Below are positions 24,938 to 42,554 of a DNA stretch of 64,000 bases, in pieces. This DNA is from Tubulanus polymorphus (taxonomy: Eukaryota; Animalia; Nemertea), in assembly GCF_964204645.1 (NCBI RefSeq), contig NC_134028.1, positions 24,424,345 through 24,488,344 of the forward strand, in the 5' to 3' direction. The notes beneath the pieces are model-generated. The model had not been told where the DNA came from and did no database searches. It saw only the letters and a list, made by a program, of their open reading frames with translations. The number at the start of each line of letters is the position of its first letter. The first letter of the stretch is position 1. The translations under genes and the position numbers were made by a program.

Positions 24938-26674
24938 GTAAAAACAAAGAAGAGAATTTGAAATCTAGTATATTTTTAATTTCTAATATACGCGCGTCCA
25001 AAATAATATTGTACTCGTCCCAGGTTGATCCGTCCGAAAATGGTGATATATTTTTCAACCGGGAATGTCGTTAATTGATATCGATATATGAGAATATTTA
25101 TGTATACTTATCCGTTATAAATTACATGTGATAAGAGTAATAAAGGTAAAAACATTAGTGATCGTAATGTATTTTCTAGTTCTATCTATGTGATTGCATC
25201 GAGGTTTGATTCCAGCCAAAATCAGAGAGCCTGTGAATACTGTAGTGTCGGACGAATCAGAGACTGTCGTCGTGGCACTTTCTGCTTGAATCGATCATCA
25301 TTTTAGGAGTGCACGATCTGTGAGATAGTGTTTAGGTCGAAGCGGTGAATTAACCTTCCATGGACCATTATGCGCATTCCATAGATTGACCAAACAGGTC
25401 GGGATTCGACAATTCTTGTACACACCAGTTTGGCGCGTACGACAAAAGGTCACATTTTTGTTACGCCATGCCGGCTCTTAGGGGATAACCTGTACACGAG
25501 AACTTGACAATGAAACGACTCGGGTACGCGTAATCGTGATTTTTTTCTAGCTTTTGAATGGTCTTGGATGTAAGATTGATCGTACAACTGGCCACAGATC
25601 TTCACTGACATCTCTTTCCCAGAAAAAAACACCCACTAAACTAAAAGCCCCAAATATTTTCAGCTTTGAGGATGTTAGAATCCAAAACCGAGACGTTTAA
25701 TGTCGACAGAATCTGCGATGAAACAGGTTCGGGTTAGATAGTACATTGAATGAAAGAGTTTTATCTTTGCCCTGAGATCACGAACCTATAGCCTGTATTT
25801 AAGCTTATCCCGAAGCGCAGCTGGTGCTGCTACTGGTATATTCTTAGCGAGTGACTATAAATAATGAGCTCACCGTCTTAAGCGTGTATATACGGGCGGA
25901 TAAGTTAGGGATAAGACGGTGAAGCGGCAGCTGACGGTAGTGAGTTTCTATCGCGGCGCCGATGGTGGCTCGATTCTCCTCACCAGCCGACAGAATGAAC
26001 GAATACTGTAAGCAGCCAACATCGATCGTCGACCGATGAAAACCGTCGGAAAACGAACAGAAATTCAGGTAAGAAAACATCGATCAATGAGAGAAACATC
26101 GCCTGCTGGTTTAGAGAGACCGATGTTTATGGTGTAATTACACTAACGGTGTATGAAATACAGCACTCTTTTATGATCACTTTAGTGGTTGATGAACGAT
26201 TATAATGGAATTGCGACGTTGAGAAAATCAATTCAATTCCATCTCAAATTAGCCTCGACATTTTTGATAAAAGAGGTTGAGAAAAAGAGAAATTATAATG
26301 AGAAAATTGAAAGGGTTTTATCGAGTATTTGAATGTAGTGTTGTGGATCGGTCGAACAGTGCACACGTGTTGATGCTCAGTCGATGTTACGGATTGCGTT
26401 GGTTCCCTATTCGTTTTCCTATATTTTCTTGTGTGGGAACATTTCAGACAACGGATGGGGGTAGACTAGTACACGAACATAACATGTACATGTATTTATT
26501 AGACGCAGATTTGTCGGAGAGGGACAGAGATTAGGATGTTCTGTGTGGACTGTGTAAAAGATAATGAACAACAATAAACGAAAATGAAATCATGCACAGC
26601 CAACACTAGATAGCTCAATTGTTTTATAAAGCACTCAAATGAGGGCTACTGGCAATGGGGATTAATTGCCAGCG

Positions 26675-26745
26675 AAGAATCTTCAACCCGTTGCCACCAG
26701 GGTTCGAACCCATAAACCCTTCAATGACGAGGCTATAAGCGACCG
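26675..26745 (-). mobile_element. tRNA-derived SINE-like head remnant
   Basis: B-box GGTTCGAACCC on the minus strand; homologous copy at about 62545-62612 (ccttcga...ccaggattcgaaccaatgaatccttgaatgatgag); no full cloverleaf. Confidence 0.45.
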
Positions 26746-29700
26746 GCGGCCACTGCACATCTTATTGCATATTGTGACTCTAAATCTATAAGGTGTGTTA
26801 GATTTTAATCGGAGATATAACCAGAATGAGCTTAGTTTTTTTTAGATTGGCTATAGGACCACTATGCGTAGGCTGGTCTTAAGTTGTTAGATTGGTAACA
26901 GGTACAAAAAGGACTTAAACAGGTCTTGAATCTCAGCTATGACTATGTAACTTCCCAGACCCGAGAGGTTTTTCAAATTATAAGTTATCCATATGAAAAC
27001 TCACTAATTTCAAACTAAGACAGATGTTATTTGGCGAAAGCGTTGTTGATTAAAACGGTTTATTCTTCTCTTCATTTGATCGTACAGACTCGGCAGCCGC
27101 AATCATTAATCTCGCGCCTCTACCACCTGCGAGTCCTGTCTGCTTCAAAACTAGTTTTTGTCGGTTTGAATTTAAAAGAGAACGCATACACACCTATCTA
27201 AAAAGCTGCGCTGAAAAGTCTCGCAATAACGTTATCGAGAAGAAGATATTTCCAGCACGTTTTTTCGCACCTTCGTCGGATGAATAATCATTATCGTAAA
27301 CCATCCTGAAATTAGTCTGGTTTCAGCGCTAATTAATGGCTAGCAATACAAATTCTATACAGGTATATGTTTTCCAGGTAAACAATCGTTCACACGTTAT
27401 GCGTATACATAAATGTTTAAAGCTCGGTCATCATCAAACGATCCCGTGCAACACGAGTCAGCGTCACGTAAATATTGTCTATGTACTCTATGGAGGCTGT
27501 TTTCGAGTCTTACGAATAATTTACGAACGCGAAGAAATAAAGGAATTCTGCAGCTATACGTAGATTAGATTATCGCGTGCACATTAGTGCGTTACGTAAG
27601 ACCGCCCAAACCCATCTTTGCATTTTTACGCAACAAAAATGTTTTCGATGCGCATTATTTAAGGGAAAGTTACTACGTCATCAATATTGGTGTTCCAAAA
27701 TAAGAGTTACAATTTTGTATATTAGGGTTTATTTCTGAATTGATTTAATTTCTTGATTCTTATTTTCTATTCTATCTGATGAGTCTTTATGCCTTTTTGT
27801 TAATAAGATTTGATTTTAATGGATATTAGGTTGTCTATGAGTGGATGTGCACTTCGTCATCAGTTTGCGGATAGACGGGTTGCCGGTCAATTCAATTCAA
27901 TTGTCGACAGTGGCCAACCAGAGTTGAATGTCAGACCAGTGTTAACAGTTGTACATCTTTCAGTACGCCTAATGAGTTCTTATAGCGTTGCTAGAAATAT
28001 ACATTCTCTTTTTCTCAAGAGCTTTTCATCTTTGGCTGAAATTTTTGTGGGATTTTTTACATATCAACAGTGTGACGTACAGCACCGCGGGCACAGTTGA
28101 GTCCTGGTATCATATTCGTTTAAGCCCTGTTTTTGTGTTATTCATTGACGACAATTATTACTCATTAAATATGTTATTTTTCTAGGAGTCAATAAATTCT
28201 CAAGTTAGTTTTCTTGTTTCTTTATGCATTTCTAGTTCGAAAATCGTTCGACAAATCTACGCCCACATAATCGGCTGGCTTCGGAAAGAATGTTCCGCTA
28301 TATCGGTTTCGAATTATTTCTTTCACGTGTTCGCGTTAGCTGTTTTAGTTTAAAAAATGTATACGAATAGAACGTGCTTGTTCTCAAATATTCAGCAAAT
28401 CCGAGACACGTGCGTAACACTGTCTCTAAAAACTGGAAAACACTTGAAATATTTGAAACTATTTTCAGATTTGCCTGAAAAATGTCTTATTTATCCCATC
28501 CTATGTTTATCATCGCGATGCAAAGACGTTCTAAATATCAAAGCGAAAATCGTGTTGCCCAAGTCTCGGCAAATGTAAATACATTATCTCGAATGAATAA
28601 ATATCATCAAATATTTACGGTTTTATTTTCAGTAATTTCTATTCTTGTAGTCTAGATTTCCAAGAGCAAGGGACGTGATGAATAAATGCTTTGTTTTCTA
28701 TCTTAATAGGGTGGGATTTACCATTTTTAACATCAATATTCATTTATTTATCTCGTAAGTTTTTTTCCAAAGTAAAGGTTATTTCCAACTCCATACCTGC
28801 AGCATAAACTCTCAGATTCGGTAATCTTATACGCAGAAACGCAGCGGCCACATTTTCATAATACGAGAAAAAAAATCTATTTTGGGTGAGCTCTCATTCG
28901 ATATATACGTATATTGTGCGTTGTACAAATATTTCTTAACGGCGAGACAAAAAGAAAATATATATATATACATCAACGTTCATTACGGACGGAAATAAAT
29001 TACGATAAATCTGCGAATACCAAGTAACTGATTGTAACAGCCTTTTTCCCATCTGATATATGCATAAACATATATAATGGCATGTATATATACATATAGA
29101 TATGTGATATTCAATAGAGAAGGGTTTTTTTAAACATAGTTTATGATTCGCGCGCAAAAAGAGATATCTGCAGAAAAAATAAACCTCGCCATTAAATAGC
29201 TTACGTTATGAACCGACACTGCCTTAAACAAATAATTTCTCGGTTACAAAAGAAACAGAAATAAAGAAAATAATGTGTTGGAAATGTTCGCAATATTATG
29301 TTTACATAATAATTGCGGTGTATTGCTAAATGGTTTGGACTATAATCAGTTGGGACTCGGTCTTACGATCCTGCGTTGTACGATACTCGTCTTGCAAATT
29401 TTGATGTTCAAACTGGTGAATCTAAATTCTATTCTATAGTCATCCTCTATTCTTAGGCCTATATCGATATCCTAGGCTTAATTTATCACACTAGCTCCAG
29501 AAGCGCTAAGTTCCATCGGCGCGAATGTGGGAGTGAAGTTCAGATATTTCAAATTTTTCAAAAGTTTTCGTTAGAAAATACGTACGCATTTATATATTTG
29601 TGCTTATTTCGAGATGAAATTTAATGAAACAGGAAGTTGTAAGTGAGGCAATATTCGATGATGAGATACAAGCGTTAAATGTATTATAAAACGGGTTTAT

Positions 29701-32329
29701 GGTGTGAGTAACTCGACAACCGCAGAAAAATCAAACATTTTCCTCGTTCGTCTGCGCGAACGTATTACAACAACTAATCAGAAAACGATCGAAGAACGAA
29801 AACCTTCGAGTCTCGTGGCGAATTCCAATCAGTGCAAATATTTACGACGAGTAAAACCAATGCAGCTGATCCAGTTTAAACATCGGCAGAACTAGATTGT
29901 TAGTGTAATCATTCTCTCGTGTTTTGAGGCTGAAATGCTGAGGGCTACACGCGTACTTACGGTACGTATCAAAACCTTGGGTCAGTTGCGCAATCTTCAC
30001 TTACTCGAGTAAAAGGTCTAATGATTGAAAGGTCTTAAGGTCAAAAGGTTTAGATTAGATTCAAAGGATGAGCTTAATCTGGTGTTTGATCTAAGCTATG
30101 ACTGTCGGAGGCTAAAGCCCAAAATTTGTCTATAATCTGGAGTTGTTAGATTAGCTATAGCTATAATACTAAGTTGGTCTTAGGCTGGTCTTGTGTATCC
30201 GGCCTCATGGCCTGTTTCAACCCAGGATGACTTATCAGACATCATGACACCATAATAATGAAACTTTAAGGAAGTAAGTAGCCTGTTAAATGGCAGCTGT
30301 CTTTTGAAATACTGGATTTAGCTGATTCGATTTGCAACAGAAACATGTGAATCGTGTTTCAATATTGTATTCAACAGAACAATGAAAAATCATGATTGAA
30401 ATAGTCCAAAATAACAAAATAACAAAGAAGAAACCGTGGAATATGAGTAACAATTTACCAAAAGCAACAAGGAAGGAAATGAACGAACGATCGAATTATA
30501 AGTATTTGTCAAATTGATGGATTTCCATTGACCGACTCGACGGTCACAGTTATCGTTGAAATATCTATACATTCACAGTTTCATCGTGTTACTCGAGTTT
30601 CCACACGATGGGGTTTAGATTTACTAATGACATTTGCATTTCGCTGCCGCGCGCTCGCGTCACATTAAACGACTATCGATATTTGTCAAACGTAATAACA
30701 ACATTAATTCCGCTGGAAAGATAATCCCTCATCATCAAGAGCCGCCATAGTAACGTCGAACAGATGTCACGAGGCAACGATCCATTACTGCGGAAAATCC
30801 GATTCAAACGCGGATGATAAATAAATATCTGCGCGAATATAGGCGAGGTCTGTGTGTAAAATGATGGCAGGTGCTTTGGACGTGGAAAGCATGAAGGAGC
30901 ATTAGACTATAACTGCAATGCCATAAATGTTGTGCAATAAATGTATATGATCGACAGTGATTACGAGGGTAATCTATCAAATACGCGCTGTGACAAAAAA
31001 AAGAAAGAGAATGCTTTCTTGCACGTCAGAGAGGTTGGCGTGGCGTTCGTTGCTATGATGTATCCGATGGATCTATATACGAAATAGCCTTCTTCATCGA
31101 ATGGAGCCGACGGATTTCGTGTATCGTAGCTTAACACGCGGAGGAGAAGCTTCAGAGGACAGCGTTCAGACCGGCAATAGAACCGCGGTGTAATGATTCA
31201 AGCGAACTGGGGGCGAGGTTTTTGGAACCCGGTACGCGTCGAAAGGAACGAATCAAGACAAAATGTTTCGAATACTGATTCTGTGTAATGCATTGTAGGT
31301 TTCTTAACATCAGGTGCGTAAAATGTTACTCAGATTTCATTTTATACATTCGTTTCTCAACGCTGCAAACCACATTTTGAAATTGGTAGTTTACGTTAGT
31401 ATTTGAACAACCATTATAACAATGTACTAAATATGGTGGGTCTGAATCTTTCCATTGCTTTCATAATAAAACTTTGTTTGGAAGAAAAGCGATACATCGC
31501 ATACAGATCTATCATTTTGGTTTGATCTCCGGGCTGGACCAAACTAGAACGAATTAGTCATGGCTCTCGTAACCATGGTAACGTTTCTGATACCAAACGA
31601 ACTAAGTACAATGCATCGTTGAAGTCGTGAAGTCATTGTGTATTATGCAACTAATCGTATCTTTTTTTCCAAAATCTGGCCCAACTTGCGACAAATACCA
31701 GGGACGTCACTACTCTCAATGTCTTCATGATATTGTGGGTTTATCGGAATCGTAGGTAGTAACTTATCTATGGAAACCAACATCTCTGTAGAGTCTTTTG
31801 CAAACTTCTGTCTGGTTAAATCTTACATCGCTTTATTCAATCGAGGTCTTAGGGTAAATGTGGGATGATGCCGTTGAAATACGCCGTCAATTCCAGACAA
31901 ATGAAAAATGTCCCTGCGGAATCGTAGATACAATGTGCTAGGCTGCATGCGATATGCGTTTGCGTGAATTCAACGCAAAATGAACTTTTCTTTCCGAAAC
32001 AAAACATTTTCATAAGGTCAGCGTTGAAACAGACTTTTAAAAAGCCATAACATACTCTCAAGTTGCCGTTTTAATACCCATCATATGCGTCGAACATGTT
32101 GGTTCCTGGTAAGTTAACGTTCCCGAGATACATCCGTACTGAGCGAACCCCGTGAGAACGGAGGTCGTTTGTTTTTGTTTTTATCCCAAGACTGGCAGGA
32201 TTATCAGATAAGTTATGAAGTGAGAAGTAGGCGGTTTGTGGAAGATATTTTGTGCTATGAACATGTATAATGTTTAGAAGAAAAAGATGTCAAAATGTGC
32301 AGGTTTTTGTTTTTATCTTTACAGGACAG

Positions 32330-34516
32330 ATGACTACGGTGGAAGAAAAGTGTCATCTAGGCGCTCTGTACTATGCTGTACAGAGCGGTGACGTGGAATT
32401 GGTCGGTCACCTGATGCACCGCGGTGTTGACGTCACCAAAAAACTGCGCCTCAACGAACCGAACGCGCTGTGGTGCGCAGTTGAACGCAATCTTCCCGAC
32501 GTCGTCAGCCAATTGCTAGTCATGAACGACAACGCGCGACATTTCGGACTCTGCGGCGCGGAAGGCTCGAAATACTTAGAAAAAGCCGTCAGACACCGTT
32601 CGAAAAAAATGGTTCTCACTTTGCTCGAATATTCCGTGAACACGAGCGTCGGCGTTAACTTCCACCCGGAACCGTCGAAAACGACCTTGACCGAAGAAGC
32701 GGAGATCTTAGATATTAGTTACAAGCGCGGCGTGCCGTTGAAAGTCGGCGAGTCGTTTCAGCACGTTTTGTCGAGGCAGAAATTCGAACTGGTCGATAAG
32801 GTTTTACAATGGGGAATGCCTCTCGATTTCACGGAAAAGCGAATGCGAATATTACTATCGTCGTTGTGTAAAAGAAACATTCTCGCCGGTGTCGACAAAC
32901 TGTTTTCGTTGCAATGTTTACAGAGCTGTTTCACCGAGTCGGTTCTCGCCGATGCTCTGCAGACGTCGCTGATATATGGCTGTAAAGGTCCCGTCCAGTA
33001 TCTTACCAACAAGGGCGCCATCCACGATAGCATTTCTGAATTCCACCTGGCCGCATTTTTCGGCGATATCGAAATTCTCGAAGAGGAACTGAACAGCGGC
33101 GTAACGATCGATAAAATCCCCGACAACACGACTTTGATACATTTCGCGGTGATGGGCGGACAAATAGATTTTATTCGGAAGTTATCGTCGATGGGGTGCA
33201 GCATGGACGCGTTGATTCTGCGACCGTACGCGAACCCGTGCGAGTATACATCCGACTCTCAGATTCACGGTCGAACGCCTTTACACATCGCCGCTAAGTA
33301 TTTAGATATCAACTTAGCGATTAAGTTGATCCCGTTTCTCGTGGGTCTAGGCGCCGATATTAATAGATTAGGGGAATGCGGCGAGACTCCGCTGCAGTTG
33401 GCCGTGTATCGCGGCGAGGAACGACTGATGGACGCTATTTTAGCCGCTGGTGCTGATATAACCGCCGGCGGGGGCATACAGCTGCCTGAAGTCTTTCTCA
33501 AAGTTCAAGAAGTGAAGCCTAGATTTTTAGAAAAGCTCATCAATCTCGGCGTTCCGGTGAACGAAGTCATGAGTAAATCAGTAACGGCTTTGATGCAGTG
33601 TTGCGCCGAGAAGAACGTCGATTGTTTGCGGGTTTTGCTCCACCACGGAGCAGACGTAACATTCGAACTCAACCGACAATATCAACGATCCGCTTTAGCT
33701 TGCGCCTGCTTCAGTCGCTATACGTACCGACCAGCTGCAGACAATATCAGCTTCCAAATACAAGAAAAACAAATCAAAGTTTTGAAAACTCTTTTTGACT
33801 ACATGGGTTTATCTAGCGACCTATTCGTCATGCAGTTGCGCCGCGATGCACTGGGCATGGCTTGTCGAAGTTACGCGCTTCGCTTGCTCAGATTTCTACT
33901 GGACACGTTACCGCGGCTGATCGTCGCCGATTGGGTCCGTAACGACCTGCTCGGAGCGCTAGAAGACATTCTGCCTAAATCATCGCATATCTACGAAACG
34001 GCGCGCATTCTAGATCTCATCATCGAAAGCCTGGCTTTCATAGATATAGAAGACGACAAGGTGTCGATATCCGATAGATATTCGGCTTTCATATGCGCCG
34101 TTTTGTACAGTTATAAAGACAATCCGTTTCTAATTTGTTACCTAACTCAGTCGCTTTGCGGCGTGATGACCACCGTACCGCCCGAACTAATCTACGAATA
34201 CGTCGTGAACGAAGATAGCGGCCATATTGCCGTTCTTAAACGATGCGGGTATAACATCCAAACGACAGTCGTCGACTGCGTCGCGGCGATCAGAAATGTT
34301 AACATTCTCAGTCGAGCTGACGCGGTCTTTTTCGAACGGGATCCGTTCTTGAAAGAAATGGCGTCGTTACTTCAGAACCCGGTATCGCTCATGGACCAAT
34401 CACGTGTCGTTATACGGCGGTGTTTATCGCATAGAACGGTGAATATACGGCAAGCTGTTCGTCGCCTTCCTATTCCAAAAACGATGCAAGATTTATTGGT
34501 TTGTAATATTCACTAA
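32330..34516 (+). CDS. Ankyrin repeat and SOCS box protein (ASB-like E3 ligase adaptor)
   Basis: Long ORF with ankyrin repeats (GRTPLHIAAK, GETPLQLAV, TALMQCC..LLHHGADV) and C-terminal SOCS box (NPVSLMDQSRVVIRRCL...LPIPKTMQDLL). Acceptor tttacAG at 32323-24 means ORF residues before 32325 are intronic. Start is ATG 32330, or an upstream exon ending 32108 (ATG TTG GTT CCT G|gtaagt) adds MLVPGQ. Confidence 0.88.
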   Translation: MTTVEEKCHLGALYYAVQSGDVELVGHLMHRGVDVTKKLRLNEPNALWCAVERNLPDVVSQLLVMNDNARHFGLCGAEGSKYLEKAVRHRSKKMVLTLLEYSVNTSVGVNFHPEPSKTTLTEEAEILDISYKRGVPLKVGESFQHVLSRQKFELVDKVLQWGMPLDFTEKRMRILLSSLCKRNILAGVDKLFSLQCLQSCFTESVLADALQTSLIYGCKGPVQYLTNKGAIHDSISEFHLAAFFGDIEILEEELNSGVTIDKIPDNTTLIHFAVMGGQIDFIRKLSSMGCSMDALILRPYANPCEYTSDSQIHGRTPLHIAAKYLDINLAIKLIPFLVGLGADINRLGECGETPLQLAVYRGEERLMDAILAAGADITAGGGIQLPEVFLKVQEVKPRFLEKLINLGVPVNEVMSKSVTALMQCCAEKNVDCLRVLLHHGADVTFELNRQYQRSALACACFSRYTYRPAADNISFQIQEKQIKVLKTLFDYMGLSSDLFVMQLRRDALGMACRSYALRLLRFLLDTLPRLIVADWVRNDLLGALEDILPKSSHIYETARILDLIIESLAFIDIEDDKVSISDRYSAFICAVLYSYKDNPFLICYLTQSLCGVMTTVPPELIYEYVVNEDSGHIAVLKRCGYNIQTTVVDCVAAIRNVNILSRADAVFFERDPFLKEMASLLQNPVSLMDQSRVVIRRCLSHRTVNIRQAVRRLPIPKTMQDLLVCNIH

Positions 34517-35272
34517 TCGCGATGTTTTTGCCCATCCCGGATTCTATACTTTACACGAACAAAAAAACCCATTATTCTTACGAAATGCAAAGAAAAAATT
34601 GAACGATGATCTAGCCGAAAAAGAATTTACCAACATTTCGGTTTTAGTCTCGACTGTTTCAAATTAACTTTTCCTACTTTTGATGGATTTCACTCAAAGC
34701 CTATCCCTCGTACATGTGTGTACTTACACCGGCGCCGGTGATTGAAAAAAAAGGTGCTAATCATCTGTCATTGGCTTATTGTGTATGGTTATGTTAATTT
34801 ATGTTAATTCATAAAATATGAAGCTTTATACGAATTTACAATACATTAGACTCAACTTTTTTCGGTAACAAGGAAAATGTAAGTGTAAAAATCCACAGCG
34901 ACATTGGCACCGATCAAGGAGGAATCTATTGTACAATACAAGCCACTACAATTTCAGAATGCATATTTGTATACCAAAAGAGTGGTGAGCAATAAATATG
35001 TTTCTTCAGATTTCCTTCTAGCAGTTAATTAGTTTTCGTCCACTTATCTGACGGTTCCCGCATGCGTCCAAGGCCCGGATTCGGCGCAGTTTACCGTTGT
35101 TTCCGGGTACGCGATCATTCATTGATATCCAGGATAGGCAGTGCTTCAAAGATATTCTAAGCGGAGGTGTTGTCAGATTGGATTATTTAAGACGTACATT
35201 GAACTTAATTTCTCCGGAATATTTGTATACATGTGTAATAAGGAGGTCGATTCAAATACTAGCCTAATTTAC

Positions 35273-35418
35273 ACCGTCAAGTGCTGCCCTTACAAATATC
35301 ACTAGCGGCTAAATAAGGAACTAAAATTATTGCAAAATATTCTTACTGTGGCATACGAGTAATAAGTTAGTTCATCTATTCACCGCCAACGTTATGTATA
35401 GGGGCAGCACTGGACGGT
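35273..35418. mobile_element. TIR MITE between the ankyrin gene and WDR13
   Basis: accgtcaagtgctgcccttacaaat... vs ...atgtataggggcagcactggacggt: about 40-bp imperfect TIRs. Confidence 0.7.
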
Positions 35419-36071
35419 TAAGATACCTCACATAGCGATATTCGAACCCGTGGCAAGCGAGTAATTCAAAATATCTAAGATTCAATATTTAATGAAGATC
35501 AGAATATCTATTTCATCCGCACTATACAGAGGTTGCATCTAGGGTTATTTTCTGGAGTTGGCCCTTGCTTTCCCATTTCGGTTGCCTTTCGCCAGATATC
35601 GTTTTTGCATTGATTATCTTGTAAAGACTGTGGTGTCACGCCACGTTCGTTACCCGATATGATAAAAAGTCAATAAACTGACTAAAAACTCGAAAATATA
35701 TCGTAAATAGAATGCATATATTTGTATATCTTAATAAATTACTTTTTAAAATAACGATGTACAAGATATTAAGATTTACCACCAACGTCATTAACGAGAT
35801 CCGTTTTTTCTTTATAAAGAAATAAATAGTGCACAACTGAAGAAATAATTGAACAAAATATATATACATTTAGCAAATAGCGACCATCAGTGCAATAGGA
35901 AATATAATTCATATACATATAAATACGTATGTATAAGCTGGATGACGTTTTTGTATTTTTTTGCGCAGTGGGTCACACTAGAAAACGAGAAAAACATTTG
36001 CGCCGATAATTGTATCAAATTATCTCGAAACCTCGAATGTTTTCCATTTCTCGTTTTCGTAGTGTGATTTT

Positions 36072-40688
<4,617 letters not shown>

Positions 40689-41234
40689 TTTCCATAATTA
40701 GCGACTGAGCTCGCGTGCCAGTGGAAGCGTCCTCGCATGCCGCGGGGGTTTGTTTTTTCAGTTCGTCGGAGTTCACTGAGTTTAGATGAGTCCATTTTCA
40801 AGTTTTCGAGTTAACTCTCGAGTCAAATATTAATCAACTGTACGGTAGCAAAAGAATCCAAAATTAACACTCGATTTAGCAAAAAAACGGATGCTTCATT
40901 CCAATCCGCGGTCCACAGTATAGTTTCGTAAGATTAATTTGGAAGTTGCGCAGTTCAATCTTTTTTCCTATATTTATTTCTGTTCACGAGATAATACTCT
41001 GTCGTCCAGTGACACGGGCGGAATTTAACTTCAGTATTTTACATTTCAACGTGAAATAACGATTAGACAGCTTTTGAGACTAAATATTCAAATTGTGCTG
41101 TAAAATGAATTCGCAGCATTAACCATATAATAACAATGATACATCGTAGCAGTTTTGACCCTGATTGAAGTATTTTACGACGTGTAAAACTATTCGTTTA
41201 AAGGTGCGAAATAAAAAAGTCTATTTATTTCTGA

Positions 41235-42554
41235 TTAATACTTTTGCGCCGAAATACACTTCTTCTTGCAATCAAAGATAGATATGAAATCCGAGCGAAA
41301 ATCACGAATTGTGTAAAGATAAATGAAGAAATTTGTTATGAAGGCTAAAAAGCGAAAACTTTCCGTAATTTCTTTTACATAAGTCGCTACGTCTGCTGTT
41401 CTGTTACTGATTCTATCCGTAGTCCAGACCCATAACTGAAAACTTCGAGTTCCCCTGTAAAAAGCCAGTGAATGACGTATGGGATATATATAATGGTTAA
41501 TCTGTACGCTGATCTCTTTAATCATAACGCTGGTTGAATACGGACCTATCAGAACTATGAAAACGAGCACGACACACGTTAATGTTTTGTGGGCTCTGAT
41601 ATTGGGCCTGCTGCCCTGGTTGGTTTCAGAATTCCCTATAAGTTGGGTTTTGCGAATTCGAGATGAGATTTGAGAAAACGTCGTTAGAACAGTGAAAATG
41701 ATACATATAAAGATTGGTAGAAAATCACTGATGAATGAGTGCACATTACGGTACGCAGTCACCGTTACTACTATTGGATTCGGCATCCTACGTACTGTTT
41801 GGTCTCTACATAGATTAGTATAAACAAATGTGTCATTTATGTTTGGAAAATCCCTCATTGTCCGTTTAACATCGCTTCTTAACTTCACGCCTTCAAAAAT
41901 TTCAATCACTACCCAGGGGGTACAGAGCACCACTAGAACACATATGACTATTTTTCTTAGTCGTATAGTGACGTGTCTCATGTGAGTGAACGGTGAATAC
42001 ACGGCCCACCATCGCTCAACGGCCATCGATATTACGATCCAATTACTGACAAAACTTGACGACGCGGCCAACGACCTGATTATATAACATAATGGTGGAA
42101 ACAGATATGTGATATCGTACAAAATCAGATAATTTATGATCGGGCAATCTCTATGTATACGTCTACGTCCCCAAGTGGATGAGAACCAGAATGCACCGCA
42201 TAACTTATTCAATTTCGGGAACAGTTCGACGAAAGCACTCACCCATGGTTGCAATTGTACAAGTCCCTTCGAAACGACAAAAACCTGGTCGGATATTGCA
42301 AGAACGAAGATAAAAATGAACATTGCCCGGATGGAAACTTTAGCGCGACATCGAAACAGAATAACGATTGAAAACGTATTCAATACGAATCCGATTGGGA
42401 AAATGAAAATGGGTAAAGCGCGTCGGATATTTTGAGCTAGCTCCCAGTAAAGAACATACGGAGATGATCTACTCATAACGCCAGCGAATTGAATGGCTCG
42501 AACTGTTGCTTGAACTTCCAAACTGCTGAATTGATTTCTTGATAAAAACCTCAT
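41235..42554 (-). CDS. Intronless orphan rhodopsin-class (class A) GPCR, FMRFamide-receptor-like/srw-like
   Basis: 439-aa ORF with 7 hydrophobic segments. TM1 GFVLN, TM2 LAISD, TM3 SNWIVISMAVERWWAVYSP (E/DRY variant), TM7 TNFFIY followed by FR. The true start may be the later Met (MSRSS). Confidence 0.88.
   Translation of the reverse strand: MRFLSRNQFSSLEVQATVRAIQFAGVMSRSSPYVLYWELAQNIRRALPIFIFPIGFVLNTFSIVILFRCRAKVSIRAMFIFIFVLAISDQVFVVSKGLVQLQPWVSAFVELFPKLNKLCGAFWFSSTWGRRRIHRDCPIINYLILYDITYLFPPLCYIIRSLAASSSFVSNWIVISMAVERWWAVYSPFTHMRHVTIRLRKIVICVLVVLCTPWVVIEIFEGVKLRSDVKRTMRDFPNINDTFVYTNLCRDQTVRRMPNPIVVTVTAYRNVHSFISDFLPIFICIIFTVLTTFSQISSRIRKTQLIGNSETNQGSRPNIRAHKTLTCVVLVFIVLIGPYSTSVMIKEISVQINHYIYPIRHSLAFYRGTRSFQLWVWTTDRISNRTADVATYVKEITESFRFLAFITNFFIYLYTIRDFRSDFISIFDCKKKCISAQKY

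Noticed and set aside
26690-26725. Possible tRNA gene (GGTTCGAACCC)
   Set aside because: Only a B-box/T-arm; no cloverleaf; better explained as a SINE head.
32270-32324. N-terminal 18-20 residues of the 748-aa ORF
   Set aside because: Intronic polypyrimidine tract ending in the AG acceptor at 32323-32324.
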